Made by a program: the position numbers and the translations under genes. A stretch of DNA of 60,510 bases, filler included, from Stramenopiles sp. TOSAG23-2 (taxonomy: Eukaryota), in the NCBI GenBank assembly GCA_900128395.1. It is 4 parts of 4 records of this genome, joined end to end, with 100 filler letters (N's around TTAATTAATTAA, not from the genome) between each part and the next. Parts side by side here need not be neighbours in the genome. Positions count along the whole stretch, not along the records: positions 30,344 to 45,393 come from LT649731.1; positions 45,494 to 60,510 come from LT649732.1; 2 more parts are not named here. One strand, given 5' to 3'. Position 1 is the first letter of the stretch; every line of letters starts with the position of its first letter. Positions 42,092 through 53,100 of the stretch are shown in pieces. The notes beneath the pieces are model-generated. The model did not search any database, was not told the DNA's origin, and was given only the letters and a program-made list of their open reading frames with translations.

Positions 42092-44653
42092 TCATTTCAT
42101 TCCTCGGGCTGCAAATTGTTTCTTCAACATATCAGCAAAACTTCCACCACCACCACTACTACTTCCATTGTCTTTATCTTCATCTTTTTTCAATTTCGTT
42201 TTATCAACAGTTTTTGTTTTCTTTAATGCGCCTTTTGAAAAACTTTTAATACCAGCTAACATGCCAAGTCTTCCATTTGAACTTGGGGGTGTTGGCATGG
42301 ACATTGCACGTTGCATACGTGGCGCAGAAGTTGATGGTATATTTGTTGTTGTCGTTCCTCCAGAATTATTACCAATAGTTGTATTTACTCTTGGTCTTGG
42401 AGGAGATGGTATACTTTTTGCTACGGGTGGTGATGCTGTATTATTATTATTATTAGCATTTGTATTGAACAAAGCATCTGGATTCAAACCAGCTTGTAAA
42501 CATTTAGCCCTGACTGCACCTTCTGGCACACCAACTTTCAGCATTGAACGAAATTTATCATATTCAGGACCTAATTGATTTTTAATTCCCTGCTCTTTCG
42601 TTTCCTCTACCTCATGTTTCTCTACCACAGGTTTTTCTTCAGCTGTCTTTGCATTACTATTGTTGTTGATATTATTACCATTGTTGCTACTATTATTGGT
42701 ATTTCCATTATTAACAGCATTAGTGGCATCCGTATTAGTAGTTGTATTATTATTCAAAAAATCGCTTCTTAAACTTTGATAGGTACTTCCGCCTTTTCTA
42801 GAACGATTGTAACGGCCTTTTTTACGATTAGGAGAACGTGGTTTCAGACTAATAGCTTCTTTTTTTGCTTGGATTTTATGCATTTCTTTACCTTCCAACG
42901 ATGCATCATGACAACATTTTTTTAAAAGTTGTTTCCAATCATCCACATCATCTTCATCAAGTATATCCTCTGGTAATTGTATCGGGTTTGATTTAATGTC
43001 TACATTCTCATCCTCCGTAAATTGAAAAAAACTTAATTCAGCAATTTCTTCTAGTGTCACAATTCCATCATGATACCTTGCTCGCGTACTATTATTATTA
43101 TTGCTACTGCCTTTCTTATTATTCGTTTTGCGTTTCTTTTTCTTACTATTGTCATGAAAAACTTCTTCAACATCCTCGATATCTTCACTAATTTTACATT
43201 GTTTTTCATTATTATCATTTTCATTAATATCATTATCATCATCATCTTTTTGCTTATTTGATTCATTGCTATTATGATCCCCATTTTCTTCATTGCCATC
43301 ATCTTCTTCTTTGTCACTATCATCATCATCCTCTTCATCATTATTGTTACCATCATCATCAGAGAACGGTTCTTCCTCCGGTGTGATCCATCCACCTTCA
43401 AATATCAAATCCAATATACGTCTTATTGGACTGTTCCATCGCCGCCTTGAAGCGCTTAAACCAGTATAATTTGGCTTATATTCAATCATTTCAATACCAA
43501 AAGCCATTTCAAAAAATAAATACCCAAAAATAACAGCTAAATGTTCCGTTGTATTTAATGATACAGTCTTTTTTACCAAACGGCTTCTTTTATTCGAAAG
43601 CCCACAGCCAAAAACTGCAGTTTCCCATCCGGTTATAACTACACGATATGACCCAGCTGAGTCGGATAATACCATCACATTGCCCGTATGCAATGGTATG
43701 TATGAAAAACCATGTTGTTTTAAAGCAATTAATCCTTCTAAAATCTGACGTCCCCATACACGTAATTTTTTAAATTTCACTGGGCGTCCACCACGTCCAT
43801 ACATACTCTTCTTTTGTACTAATGGATCTTGTACTCTGTATATTAAATCTCTTAGACTTCCACTTGGTACAAATGGGTTGCCAAATGCTAAAACTGGATT
43901 TTCTGTCGTTCGATTTGAGACAACATCAATTTCCCATATTGGTAATAAATAGGGATGTCGTATGGAGGTCAATCTAACTATTAAAGTATCTAATGTTTCC
44001 TTGCTATGTTTTTCCAAAAGCTTTGATGCAGCAAATCCTTGAATTTCAATTAATGACATAATAACTCGAAAAATTCTACTGTTCTTCCTTTCAAAACCAT
44101 TCACACTTGCTTCTTTGTTTTGTCGATATTCAGTTGCTGCATCTGGGCAATATTCAATTAAAAAAAAATGTTTTTTTCCCTCTTCCCGCCTGGACCATAA
44201 AGGTAATAAAACATCAATCCATTTATAAAATGAAGAATTACGACAAAACGTTGCAGCGCGAATAGCTGCTTTTGACATTTTAGATGATGAAATTTGTACG
44301 TTATTGCTTCCAAATGGAGACAAATGCCCTGGTTCTGTTCGTTTTGGGGATCTAGCTGACTTATTTGTTGTTTTTTTCACTTTCATTTTTTTACTTTTAC
44401 CATTTCGTCGACCATTATTATTTCTGTTATTATTACTGCCATATGAATAATTATTTGATCTATTATTATTATTATTATTATTATTATTGTATTCTCCTTT
44501 TCTTTGACCGGTTTCTAAATCATATGTATCAAAAGTTGGTATTTGTGTATATTCACCACGTATTAATTGTCGTTCACGCCATAATCGTATGAACATTAAT
44601 ATTGATCCAACAACAATAGCACATAAAAATACAAATATTAAATCTGCCAACAT
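42092..44653 (-). CDS. Membrane-anchored PXK/Slob-like pseudokinase with a CCDC53-like motif, Pro-rich linker and WH2 domain(s)
   Basis: N-terminal TM; HPYLLPI..GSLRDLIY..WGRQILEGLIAL..LHTGNVMV (no HRD or DFG); YDKFRSMLKVGVPEGAVRAKCLQAGLNPD; GRLGMLAGIKSFSKGALKKTKTVDK (WH2). Confidence 0.8.
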   Translation of the reverse strand: MLADLIFVFLCAIVVGSILMFIRLWRERQLIRGEYTQIPTFDTYDLETGQRKGEYNNNNNNNNNRSNNYSYGSNNNRNNNGRRNGKSKKMKVKKTTNKSARSPKRTEPGHLSPFGSNNVQISSSKMSKAAIRAATFCRNSSFYKWIDVLLPLWSRREEGKKHFFLIEYCPDAATEYRQNKEASVNGFERKNSRIFRVIMSLIEIQGFAASKLLEKHSKETLDTLIVRLTSIRHPYLLPIWEIDVVSNRTTENPVLAFGNPFVPSGSLRDLIYRVQDPLVQKKSMYGRGGRPVKFKKLRVWGRQILEGLIALKQHGFSYIPLHTGNVMVLSDSAGSYRVVITGWETAVFGCGLSNKRSRLVKKTVSLNTTEHLAVIFGYLFFEMAFGIEMIEYKPNYTGLSASRRRWNSPIRRILDLIFEGGWITPEEEPFSDDDGNNNDEEDDDDSDKEEDDGNEENGDHNSNESNKQKDDDDNDINENDNNEKQCKISEDIEDVEEVFHDNSKKKKRKTNNKKGSSNNNNSTRARYHDGIVTLEEIAELSFFQFTEDENVDIKSNPIQLPEDILDEDDVDDWKQLLKKCCHDASLEGKEMHKIQAKKEAISLKPRSPNRKKGRYNRSRKGGSTYQSLRSDFLNNNTTTNTDATNAVNNGNTNNSSNNGNNINNNSNAKTAEEKPVVEKHEVEETKEQGIKNQLGPEYDKFRSMLKVGVPEGAVRAKCLQAGLNPDALFNTNANNNNNTASPPVAKSIPSPPRPRVNTTIGNNSGGTTTTNIPSTSAPRMQRAMSMPTPPSSNGRLGMLAGIKSFSKGALKKTKTVDKTKLKKDEDKDNGSSSGGGGSFADMLKKQFAARGMK

Positions 44654-45393
44654 TGCTCAACAAATATTATTATCAACTAAATTAAATTTAAATATATATA
44701 TATATAGTTTTGGTTATCTTACTCGAACCTTTGTTTTACAAAAGCATGCCTAGGAGATTGTGTCTTTGCTCTTCTTTTCACTTTTAAATCTTTTTTTTCT
44801 TTTTGTTTTCAATATTATGTATAACATACGATGATTATTAATTATTAATAATTTCATCAACAACAAAAAATGGCTCATATTTTGAATATCAGGCTGGCGG
44901 AAAAGAGGAAGAGAAGAAAAAAAAAGAAAGGGAGAAAAAAGAAGGAAAAGAAGGGAAAAAAAGAAGAGAATTATAAACTTGTTAGAAATAACTTTTAACA
45001 AACCAATATTCGGATATTTTAAATTATGATATCAAAGTAGATTAAATCAGATATTAGATATAGGATATATATTACTCTACGACTACTTGTTTCAGGCTTT
45101 GGTACAAACGCATATAGGCCAGCCTGATCGTATTGTAAGAAAATGTACTTAAATCGTCGAAATTAACCCTAATTTGCACCCTATTTATGCAAAAATGGAA
45201 AATATGGACAAATATCACAGTAGCTTAGAATACGAATTTAATAGGAATATCATTTTAGTACAACAATTTCTAAGTACCTCTCCCATTGTTATGCGCTGAC
45301 CTGGGACACATTTTGACAGATTTGTATATGAAAACATCATTAAAAAGTGCAAAAAATTAAAAAAAAAGCAACAAAAGTTTTAATGATATTAGC

Positions 45394-45493
45394 NNNNNNN
45401 NNNNNNNNNNNNNNNNNNNNNNNNNNNNNNNNNNNNNTTAATTAATTAANNNNNNNNNNNNNNNNNNNNNNNNNNNNNNNNNNNNNNNNNNNN
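45394..45493. other. Artificial contig-joining linker
   Basis: N44-TTAATTAATTAA-N44. Confidence 0.99.
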
Positions 45494-46162
45494 CTTTTCT
45501 TGGCTAAAAAGGACAATCCAGACATGATGATTGATACGAAATTGTCTATAAAGTGGATGGGTATAGTTGTATATATATATATATATATGCTAAATTGCCG
45601 TCTTGTTGATATTAATATATTATTGTATTGATGTTGTATTCTGATCTCTCTATGTATTATATTATCTCTTATAAATATATATTATATATACATTATGATA
45701 TATTAGTGCATTCCAGGCATTAGGCGATCGAGAAGAAAGATTAGTAGTAGAGGCAGAGAGATGATGATGATTTTATTTTTTAGTGATTATTTTAGGATGG
45801 GCACATCATGGATGTATTATTAATTATGTGCTTATGTATATTTATTATACAATAGCTGGATAGCTATTGAATACACTCCTAGAGTACAATGTATTCCTAT
45901 TAGCCAGGTTAGCATTATTACACCAGGTAATGCCGTAGCATGAAATGAGAATCATCTCCTCATCATCGTATATATAATAAAATAATAAATAATTTCAATA
46001 TATATATTTATTATTCACTTTCAAACCATCTTATAATCTACATCGTACCTGAAGAGATAGAAGAAGAGATAAATTAAAAATAGAGATATTATACATATAT
46101 AGAAGACACAACAGACAAAAGACAAAGAAAACAATAATATATATAAACAAATATAATTAATT

Positions 46163-47617
46163 ATGACATCATTTGGAACACCTGTTAAAAATAATAATAA
46201 TAACAATGAATTAGTTGTAAAAAAACGACGAAGTACATCAACAAAAGGAACGCCAACACACAAACTAAGAAAATTTGTCATTTCTAATAATAAAGATAAT
46301 GAAATTTATAGTTCTTCATCCAATATACGACGAAGTACATCAACAAAAGGAACGCCAACACACAAACTAAGAAAATTTGTCATTTCTAATAATAAAGATA
46401 ATGAAATTTATAGTTCTTCATCCAATATAGGTAATTCAAAATTAATAGCTAAAATATTGACAGGTAAATCATCGAAAAAAATAGTTTTGCATCAAAAACC
46501 AAAGAATGGGGACGAGATTAAAATTGAATTCGGAATAGATGATGTATCAAAAATTGAAGTACAAGAAACTGCATTAAAAGGTGGCTCCCAAGTTGCTTGT
46601 AAATTACTAGTGGATAGTCTACCACGCCCAAGTAAATCTTTACCTAAAATATTCAATGAAATTAATGATGATGATGATGATTATTCATCAATTCAAATTG
46701 AACTATTGTTTTTAGGTCGCGATGAATTGAATAAATTTCATAATACAATCAATGAACGATCAGATTGGTTACGCGAACATTTAGTTATATCACCCTCACC
46801 AACAAAAGATGAAAATGATGATTTGAATCAACAACTGTCTCAAATGTCAATAAATAATAATAAACCACGCAGTGCTTCATATGTTGCCGAAGCATATATT
46901 CCATTAATTGTTCGAATTGTTTGCTTAACAGATGATTATATACCATTTAATATTGGTACTGGATTTTTTGTTGATCATCCAAATAAAAAAGATGGCACAA
47001 AATGTATTTGTACGGCAAAACATGTAGTATCGAGAATTGAAAATGGTATTGAACAAGTGAAGCATATATTTATTGGTGTCTCAGAATCTATTGATCAACC
47101 TCCAAGATGGAAATATAATGTAAATATGAATACAATCGTTGGATCAAAAGGCGATGTAGCAGTTATGTTACTACATGAATATATCATGGAAACAACACCT
47201 GAATCGAATATTACACGGAAAGGGGAACAAATTAATATAATAACAAAAAGTAACATGGAACAATTTCAACAAAAAATGAAAAGTTTTAAAGGTATAAAAA
47301 TATACGAAAATACTATTAATAATAATATAGCAGCTTTAGAAAGTGTCATTTTAGGAGGCTTTCCAGGTGTTCCTTTACAAGGTCAATTAAAAAAAAATAT
47401 TTCATTTTTGCATACTAATGTTAGTGGAATGGAAACTAATAATAATATAAATTATATTAAATTACAACCAAATGCAACAGGTGGTGATTCTGGATCTCCT
47501 GTTATATCATTAGTGAGTGAAAATTGTATTGGTGTACTTTCAATGACAAAAGGTAATATGGATTATGCTGAAACATATGATACAATAAATGCTTGTTTGC
47601 TTGAATTGGATATCTAG
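46163..47617 (+). CDS. Trypsin-like serine protease (Trypsin_2/PA clan), no signal peptide
   Basis: GTGFFV, CTAKHV (His), GDVAVM (Asp), GGDSGSPV (Ser). Confidence 0.85.
   Translation: MTSFGTPVKNNNNNNELVVKKRRSTSTKGTPTHKLRKFVISNNKDNEIYSSSSNIRRSTSTKGTPTHKLRKFVISNNKDNEIYSSSSNIGNSKLIAKILTGKSSKKIVLHQKPKNGDEIKIEFGIDDVSKIEVQETALKGGSQVACKLLVDSLPRPSKSLPKIFNEINDDDDDYSSIQIELLFLGRDELNKFHNTINERSDWLREHLVISPSPTKDENDDLNQQLSQMSINNNKPRSASYVAEAYIPLIVRIVCLTDDYIPFNIGTGFFVDHPNKKDGTKCICTAKHVVSRIENGIEQVKHIFIGVSESIDQPPRWKYNVNMNTIVGSKGDVAVMLLHEYIMETTPESNITRKGEQINIITKSNMEQFQQKMKSFKGIKIYENTINNNIAALESVILGGFPGVPLQGQLKKNISFLHTNVSGMETNNNINYIKLQPNATGGDSGSPVISLVSENCIGVLSMTKGNMDYAETYDTINACLLELDI
46225..46428 (+). repeat. Perfect tandem duplication, 2 x 102 bp (in frame, 34 aa)
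   Basis: Units start at 46225 and 46327. Confidence 0.95.
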
Positions 47618-47835
47618 ATTATATGTACCACACAATCTCGTACGAACCATGTGTATACGTGTTATGTAAAATTACATATATATAAAGGCATAATTAATAT
47701 GGATTATGCTGAAACATATGATACAATAAATGCTTGTTTGCTTGAATTGGATATCTAGATTATATGTACCACACAATCTCGTACGAACCATGTGTATACG
47801 TGTTATGTAAAATTACATATATATAAAGGCATAAT
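47554..47835 (+). repeat. Perfect tandem duplication, 2 x 141 bp, spanning the protease stop codon
   Basis: Units start at 47554 and 47695. Confidence 0.95.
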
Positions 47836-47939
47836 GCTTTCATGTGTATGTGGATTTAAAGGATGTGTGTGTGTGTGTGTGTGTACATCATTTATATTTT
47901 TATGAGCCCGGCGTTCAGCCCGTTCAACGAGCGCGCATG

Positions 47940-48094
47940 GAAGGATAGAAACCTACTTGTGCTTGTAGAGTATTAGTTTGCAGAGGTGCATTAGAGCTTT
48001 ACTATAGTAGGATAGCATATTATTCTTGCGATTGAGTATTGAGCATATTACTTAACACGAGAAGTGTAAAATTATTATAACTTAGATTTTAACC
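47940..48094 (+). repeat. Dispersed non-coding repeat, copy in contig 4
   Basis: 47940-48046 matches the reverse complement of 31136-31240; 48059-48094 (GAGAAGTGTAAAATTATTATAACTTAGATTTTAACC) matches the reverse complement of 30546-30581. Confidence 0.85.
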
Positions 48095-48191
48095 AATCGG
48101 TTTTTTTAAAGAATAAAAAATAGCGCACGAAAATATTTAATAATGTACGAACCGCATTTATATATCATATATATTTAAATATAAAAATCAT

Positions 48192-48541
48192 ATTTTAATC
48201 CCAACATGTTAATCACTCTTTGAACCTTTTAAAATCTTTTGTTTTGCTAAAACAAATTCGTCTTCTGTTAACAATCCTTCTGCTTTCAATTTTGAAAGAC
48301 TTATTAATTGATCTACAAACGATGGACCTTTGCTAACAGTTGTATTGCTTTTAGATGGAGGTAAAGATTTTAATCCCAACATGTTAATCACTCTTTGAAC
48401 CTTTTAAAATCTTTTGTTTTGCTAAAACAAATTCGTCTTCTGTTAACAATCCTTCTGCTTTCAATTTTGAAAGACTTATTAATTGATCTACAAACGATGG
48501 ACCTTTGCTAACAGTTGTATTGCTTTTAGATGGAGGTAAAG
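48192..48541 (+). repeat. Perfect tandem duplication, 2 x 175 bp (SHOCT-coding 3' end)
   Basis: Units start at 48192 and 48367. Confidence 0.95.
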
Positions 48542-49139
48542 TTTTAGGATGAATTTGATTTTGTTTTCTTGAAGTGTTGTTTGCTTCTTTTGTGTTTTCT
48601 TCTACTATTATTGTCGAATCTTTTTTATTTTCATTATTATTATTTCGACAGCATGTACAACAAAAAAAGTAATAAAAGAACCCATATGTTTGTACAAAAC
48701 ACGAAACAAAGCAACTTTTAGACGAGCCCAAACAATTTCTACAACAATTGAAGCAACCACTCGATGATGATGGCCTATTAGTATTTGTTTTGTTTTTCTT
48801 ATTACAGCAATAGCAACAATATTTATTACAACATAATATTTTAAAAAGATAATACGGAGAGACAATTATATTATAAACGATGTTTTCTATGTACAAATAG
48901 ATAGTTACCACGAGCCTGGCATCTATTAGAATGGCAAAAATGATTATTGGAATTAAGATAACAATCACTGGTATGATTGTACCTCTAGTATGCCACATTA
49001 ACCACGTCGAAGATAATAGAATAATTGATATTATCACAACACCCAAATTTGATTCTAAAAGATTATCTCTTAACAATTCTACTAATTCATTTTTATTCTT
49101 TTCCAATAAATTTTCTTTTACAATACTTTCTTCATCCAT
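48384..49139 (-). CDS. Membrane protein with a Cys-rich region and C-terminal SHOCT domain
   Basis: 2-3 TM segments; CCNKYCCYCC and CFNCCRNC clusters; DQLISLSKLKAEGLLTEDEFVLAKQKILK (SHOCT). Confidence 0.8.
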   Translation of the reverse strand: MDEESIVKENLLEKNKNELVELLRDNLLESNLGVVIISIILLSSTWLMWHTRGTIIPVIVILIPIIIFAILIDARLVVTIYLYIENIVYNIIVSPYYLFKILCCNKYCCYCCNKKNKTNTNRPSSSSGCFNCCRNCLGSSKSCFVSCFVQTYGFFYYFFCCTCCRNNNNENKKDSTIIVEENTKEANNTSRKQNQIHPKTLPPSKSNTTVSKGPSFVDQLISLSKLKAEGLLTEDEFVLAKQKILKGSKSD

Positions 49140-49869
49140 TTTTCAAATATTATTATACTATGTATTTTAATTTGTTTATTCGTTTGGCTGTAATAAATGT
49201 ACGATTTTTGCTTTGTATATATATATATGTAGATATGCTGTAAATATATCTTGTTGCGTCTATACTCCATTAACATATCCAATAAATTTTCTTTTACAAT
49301 ACTTTCTTCATCCATTTTTCAAATATTATTATACTATGTATTTTAATTTGTTTATTCGTTTGGCTGTAATAAATGTACGATTTTTGCTTTGTATATATAT
49401 ATATGTAGATATGCTGTAAATATATCTTGTTGCGTCTATACTCCATTAACATATTTTTTCTCAATTCATTTATTATTTATTATGATTTCAATGATGATTA
49501 GAAGACGACTATAAATAATTTCAATAATAATGCCATCTATGTAGATATATAGGGTAAAACGAAAACTAACAATACTGAAATACAATAAAGTACAAATAGA
49601 TATTTTTAAGATATTGCTAAATTATTATACAATATATATATGTAGATATGCTGTAAATATATCTTGTTGCGTCTATACTCCATTAACATATTTTTTCTCA
49701 ATTCATTTATTATTTATTATGATTTCAATGATGATTAGAAGACGACTATAAATAATTTCAATAATAATGCCATCTATGTAGATATATAGGGTAAAACGAA
49801 AACTAACAATACTGAAATACAATAAAGTACAAATAGATATTTTTAAGATATTGCTAAATTATTATACAA
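49102..49869 (+). repeat. Two overlapping perfect tandem duplications (2 x 176 bp at 49102-49454; 2 x 237 bp at about 49395-49869)
   Basis: Offsets 49102/49278 and 49504/49741 (GACGACT). Confidence 0.92.
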
Positions 49870-49901
49870 ATTACACAACAACAACATTTCATCGATTCCG
49901 C

Positions 49902-50139
49902 GTATTAGTATCGCCAAGGCTTTGTTCAAGCATATTTCTTAAATCATTTAATTTTTTAGCATTTGACATTACTTGCCTTGAATTGTTATGATCCAATCTA
50001 CGAGGTCTTCTGCTTTGTTGTATTAGTATCGCCAAGGCTTTGTTCAAGCATATTTCTTAAATCATTTAATTTTTTAGCATTTGACATTACTTGCCTTGAA
50101 TTGTTATGATCCAATCTACGAGGTCTTCTGCTTTGTTGT
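49902..50139 (+). repeat. Perfect tandem duplication, 2 x 118 bp, altering the C-terminus of the 1150-aa ORF
   Basis: Units start at 49902 and 50020; without the extra copy the protein ends GDTNTRNR* at 49889. Confidence 0.93.
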
Positions 50140-53100
50140 TGTTCCTGTTGCTGTTGTGGATGCCTTTGAGGTTGTTGGGAACGACGTTGCCTTTCCACAT
50201 ATGTATCACGATTACTGAAACTTTTATTTATATTTGTAAGTTGAGCACTTGGTGAGCCCCATTGTGGTTGCCGAGGCGACATGGCGATTCCTAAGAACTT
50301 CTTCAAATTGTTGCCAAAAATTATACCATCGCCTTGTGGATCAACTGCTCTTAATAAATACGCTGCTTCATTGCCTGAAAATGCATAACCACTTTTACGC
50401 AATGATTCTCTGATTAAACGGGTAAATCTTGTATAGGATAATGATGGACTTGGTTGTACCATTAAAAATTTTCTAAACGTTGATGCAGAGGATAATTTTG
50501 CCACTGTATTTAATTTCGCTTTCAATGTGCTAATATCACGCACGCCTAGCTCCTCAATTGGTGTTTGGCCAAATACAGGTGTACCATAACTCCTATTGCT
50601 ACTACTACTAATACTATATGCAGTTGATGATGGTGTTGCTACGTTGAAATTGAATCCACCTGCATTACTGCTGCTTGCATCAAATCGATATTGCTGCTGC
50701 TTTCCTTCTTGCTGTTGTCGCTGTGGTGGTATACTATCATATTCCATAGCTGGAGAACCAAGGTTATCTTCCATACTTTCAATTTTGTTACTTTTTCCTG
50801 CATTACCACTCATCATTGGTGTATTCCAAGGTGATGTTTCTACCGCTTTAGTTTGTAAAACACGCGTTAAAATCATATTTCCGTTTGGAATGGAGTGACC
50901 GCACTCCCCAAAACGTTTAAATAAAAATGCCATTCTTTCTTCAACATATTGATATGGGCCACTCATTGTACTTGCGCAATTAACCAACAATTGAAGAAAC
51001 ATTTGAAAATTAATGCGCCCACGTCCTGTAGTTGAACTTGATTGTTTAAATAAAGCTTCGATTTGGCGACGAGACAGATGCCCTGTTACAAGACCGCAAT
51101 TTTTGCTGAAATTCATCCACCGTTCATAATCAATCCAGGGGTTTGAACTATTTGTATTTGCAAAATTTTTGTACAAATTAATAAACGAACGGCGATTATT
51201 ATGGAAATAATCATTAATAACACTAGATTTTCTGGTATTATAAATATTTCTATCTAATATATAATGCTGCTTATGCCTTGGCGTTCTATTATCGGGACGG
51301 GTGCTGCTGTTGTGAGTTGCATTATTATTATCGCTGCGTCGGATCACATCGTTATTGCCTTCATCAGGCACCATCGATAAGAACTGGACAAATTGATGGA
51401 CATTAATTGTCTCATTATTATTGCTGTCTAATATTTTCAATAATCCAACAAGTTCAAACCCTTCCAAAATATTTAAGCTTAAACCAATTGTTTCTAATGT
51501 CTCAACAAACGCAACTATGTCTTTACCAAACTGCTTCTCGTTATCTGTAAAGACTAAATCTATTACTATATTATTTTTTCTACAATGATTTTGCATTTTT
51601 AATTGTATATTTTCCAATTCTTCCATTGTTATACCGACTTGTTCGTTATTGCTGTTGGATTTTTCTATGATTTCACCCTTTTCCTCTTGTCCCTCTTCTT
51701 CTTCTTCTTTTCTACTATTCGACGACGGTCTATTACTATATTGCTGTTGTTGCTGTACATTAAAATTGATTGGTGATCGTAATCTTGGACGCTTATTATT
51801 TCTATTTTTAACATCTGCCGTTTGCATCATGTCATTTCCACTTGTATTATTACCCCGACTATTTTTATTTTTATCAACATCTAAAACCCTTAAAGAATCT
51901 TCCATTACATCAATAACACTATTGACTAATACATCATCCTTCTCGCGGTTATTATTATTATTACCATTATAGCCTTTTTGTCTTCTAGATGCAATTACTT
52001 GTTCTAAATTTTTCTCCGTGTTGCCCAATTTATCTTTTAAAGTTTGATTCGCTTCTTTCATTTTAGTCATTTGTTCCTCCAAGGTTAACACTTTTGTATT
52101 TAATGAACGATTTTGTTCTCTTAATTTCTTTTCAGTTCGGTCAAAATTTGAAATTTTTTCACTGACTCGAACAAATTCTTGTGTGATTTTACGAAGTGAG
52201 GCACCATGTAATTCTTCCTCTTGTTTGCGGCTAATCGTTATGCGATCGGCCATTTCACGATTTCTCAACATATTTGCATACATTATCCATTGATCAAAGG
52301 CACGTTGTAATCTACGAGACATCCAACTTTTATCAACGCCATTGACTAAAAATACAGCTTTCACAGTATTAATATCTTTTTCCTTTTTAAGTAGTAATTT
52401 AGACAATGCAGAATTCCTAGATGGGGTTGTCGATTTAGTACGAGGTTTTGAACTACTGCCATTTTGCATGATGTTTGGCGACTTGGAATTACGACCGCTG
52501 CTACCAGCATTGCGATCAATTGTCCCTGGAGATTTACGATCATCTGTACTTTTTTGCTGTTTTTGTTGATATTGCAATGAACTAAATATTTCATCATATC
52601 CAACTGCATTAGATTTATCATATGGTATTTCAGATTTTGTTTGTCTATGAGTAGGATATAAATGTTTCTTCTCACTATCTTCAGCTTTTGATTGTCTATG
52701 AGTAGGATATAAATGTTTCTTCTCACTATCTTCATGCCCAGTTGACCTTGGACGTTGAGTTTGAGTATTTTGTACGACATTTTGTTTATGCTTTATATTA
52801 GTTGTAGTCACAGAACGTAATTTTTTATTCCCAACAACATTATCAATCGCTTGAAACTCTTCTTCTTGTGCCATAGTTATACTACGCGTATTTGTTTGTA
52901 TACTCAAAGAGTCCGAAAAAGTTGTCGCAGATGTTGGTCTTTTCACCTGTGAATTTTGTGACGAACTTATATTATTAGTGACGGAAGTGTCATTACTTGG
53001 TGCAATCAAAGTAATGGGAGCTTTTCTCTTACTATTTGGCACTACCAAGGTGTTTAAATTTGTATTATTTTGACTATTGCTTTTTTTGGTCGTTGTATTA

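Noticed and set aside
15090-45493. TTAATTAATTAA palindrome within N runs recurring about every 15 kb
   Set aside because: Artificial six-frame-stop linker; the contig lengths simply decrease (15089, 15054, 15050, 15017). No biological periodicity, and no linkage can be inferred across it.
48209-48391. Separate 60-aa SHOCT-only ORF (and the 49118-49315 ORF)
   Set aside because: By-products of the 175-bp and 176-bp tandem duplications.
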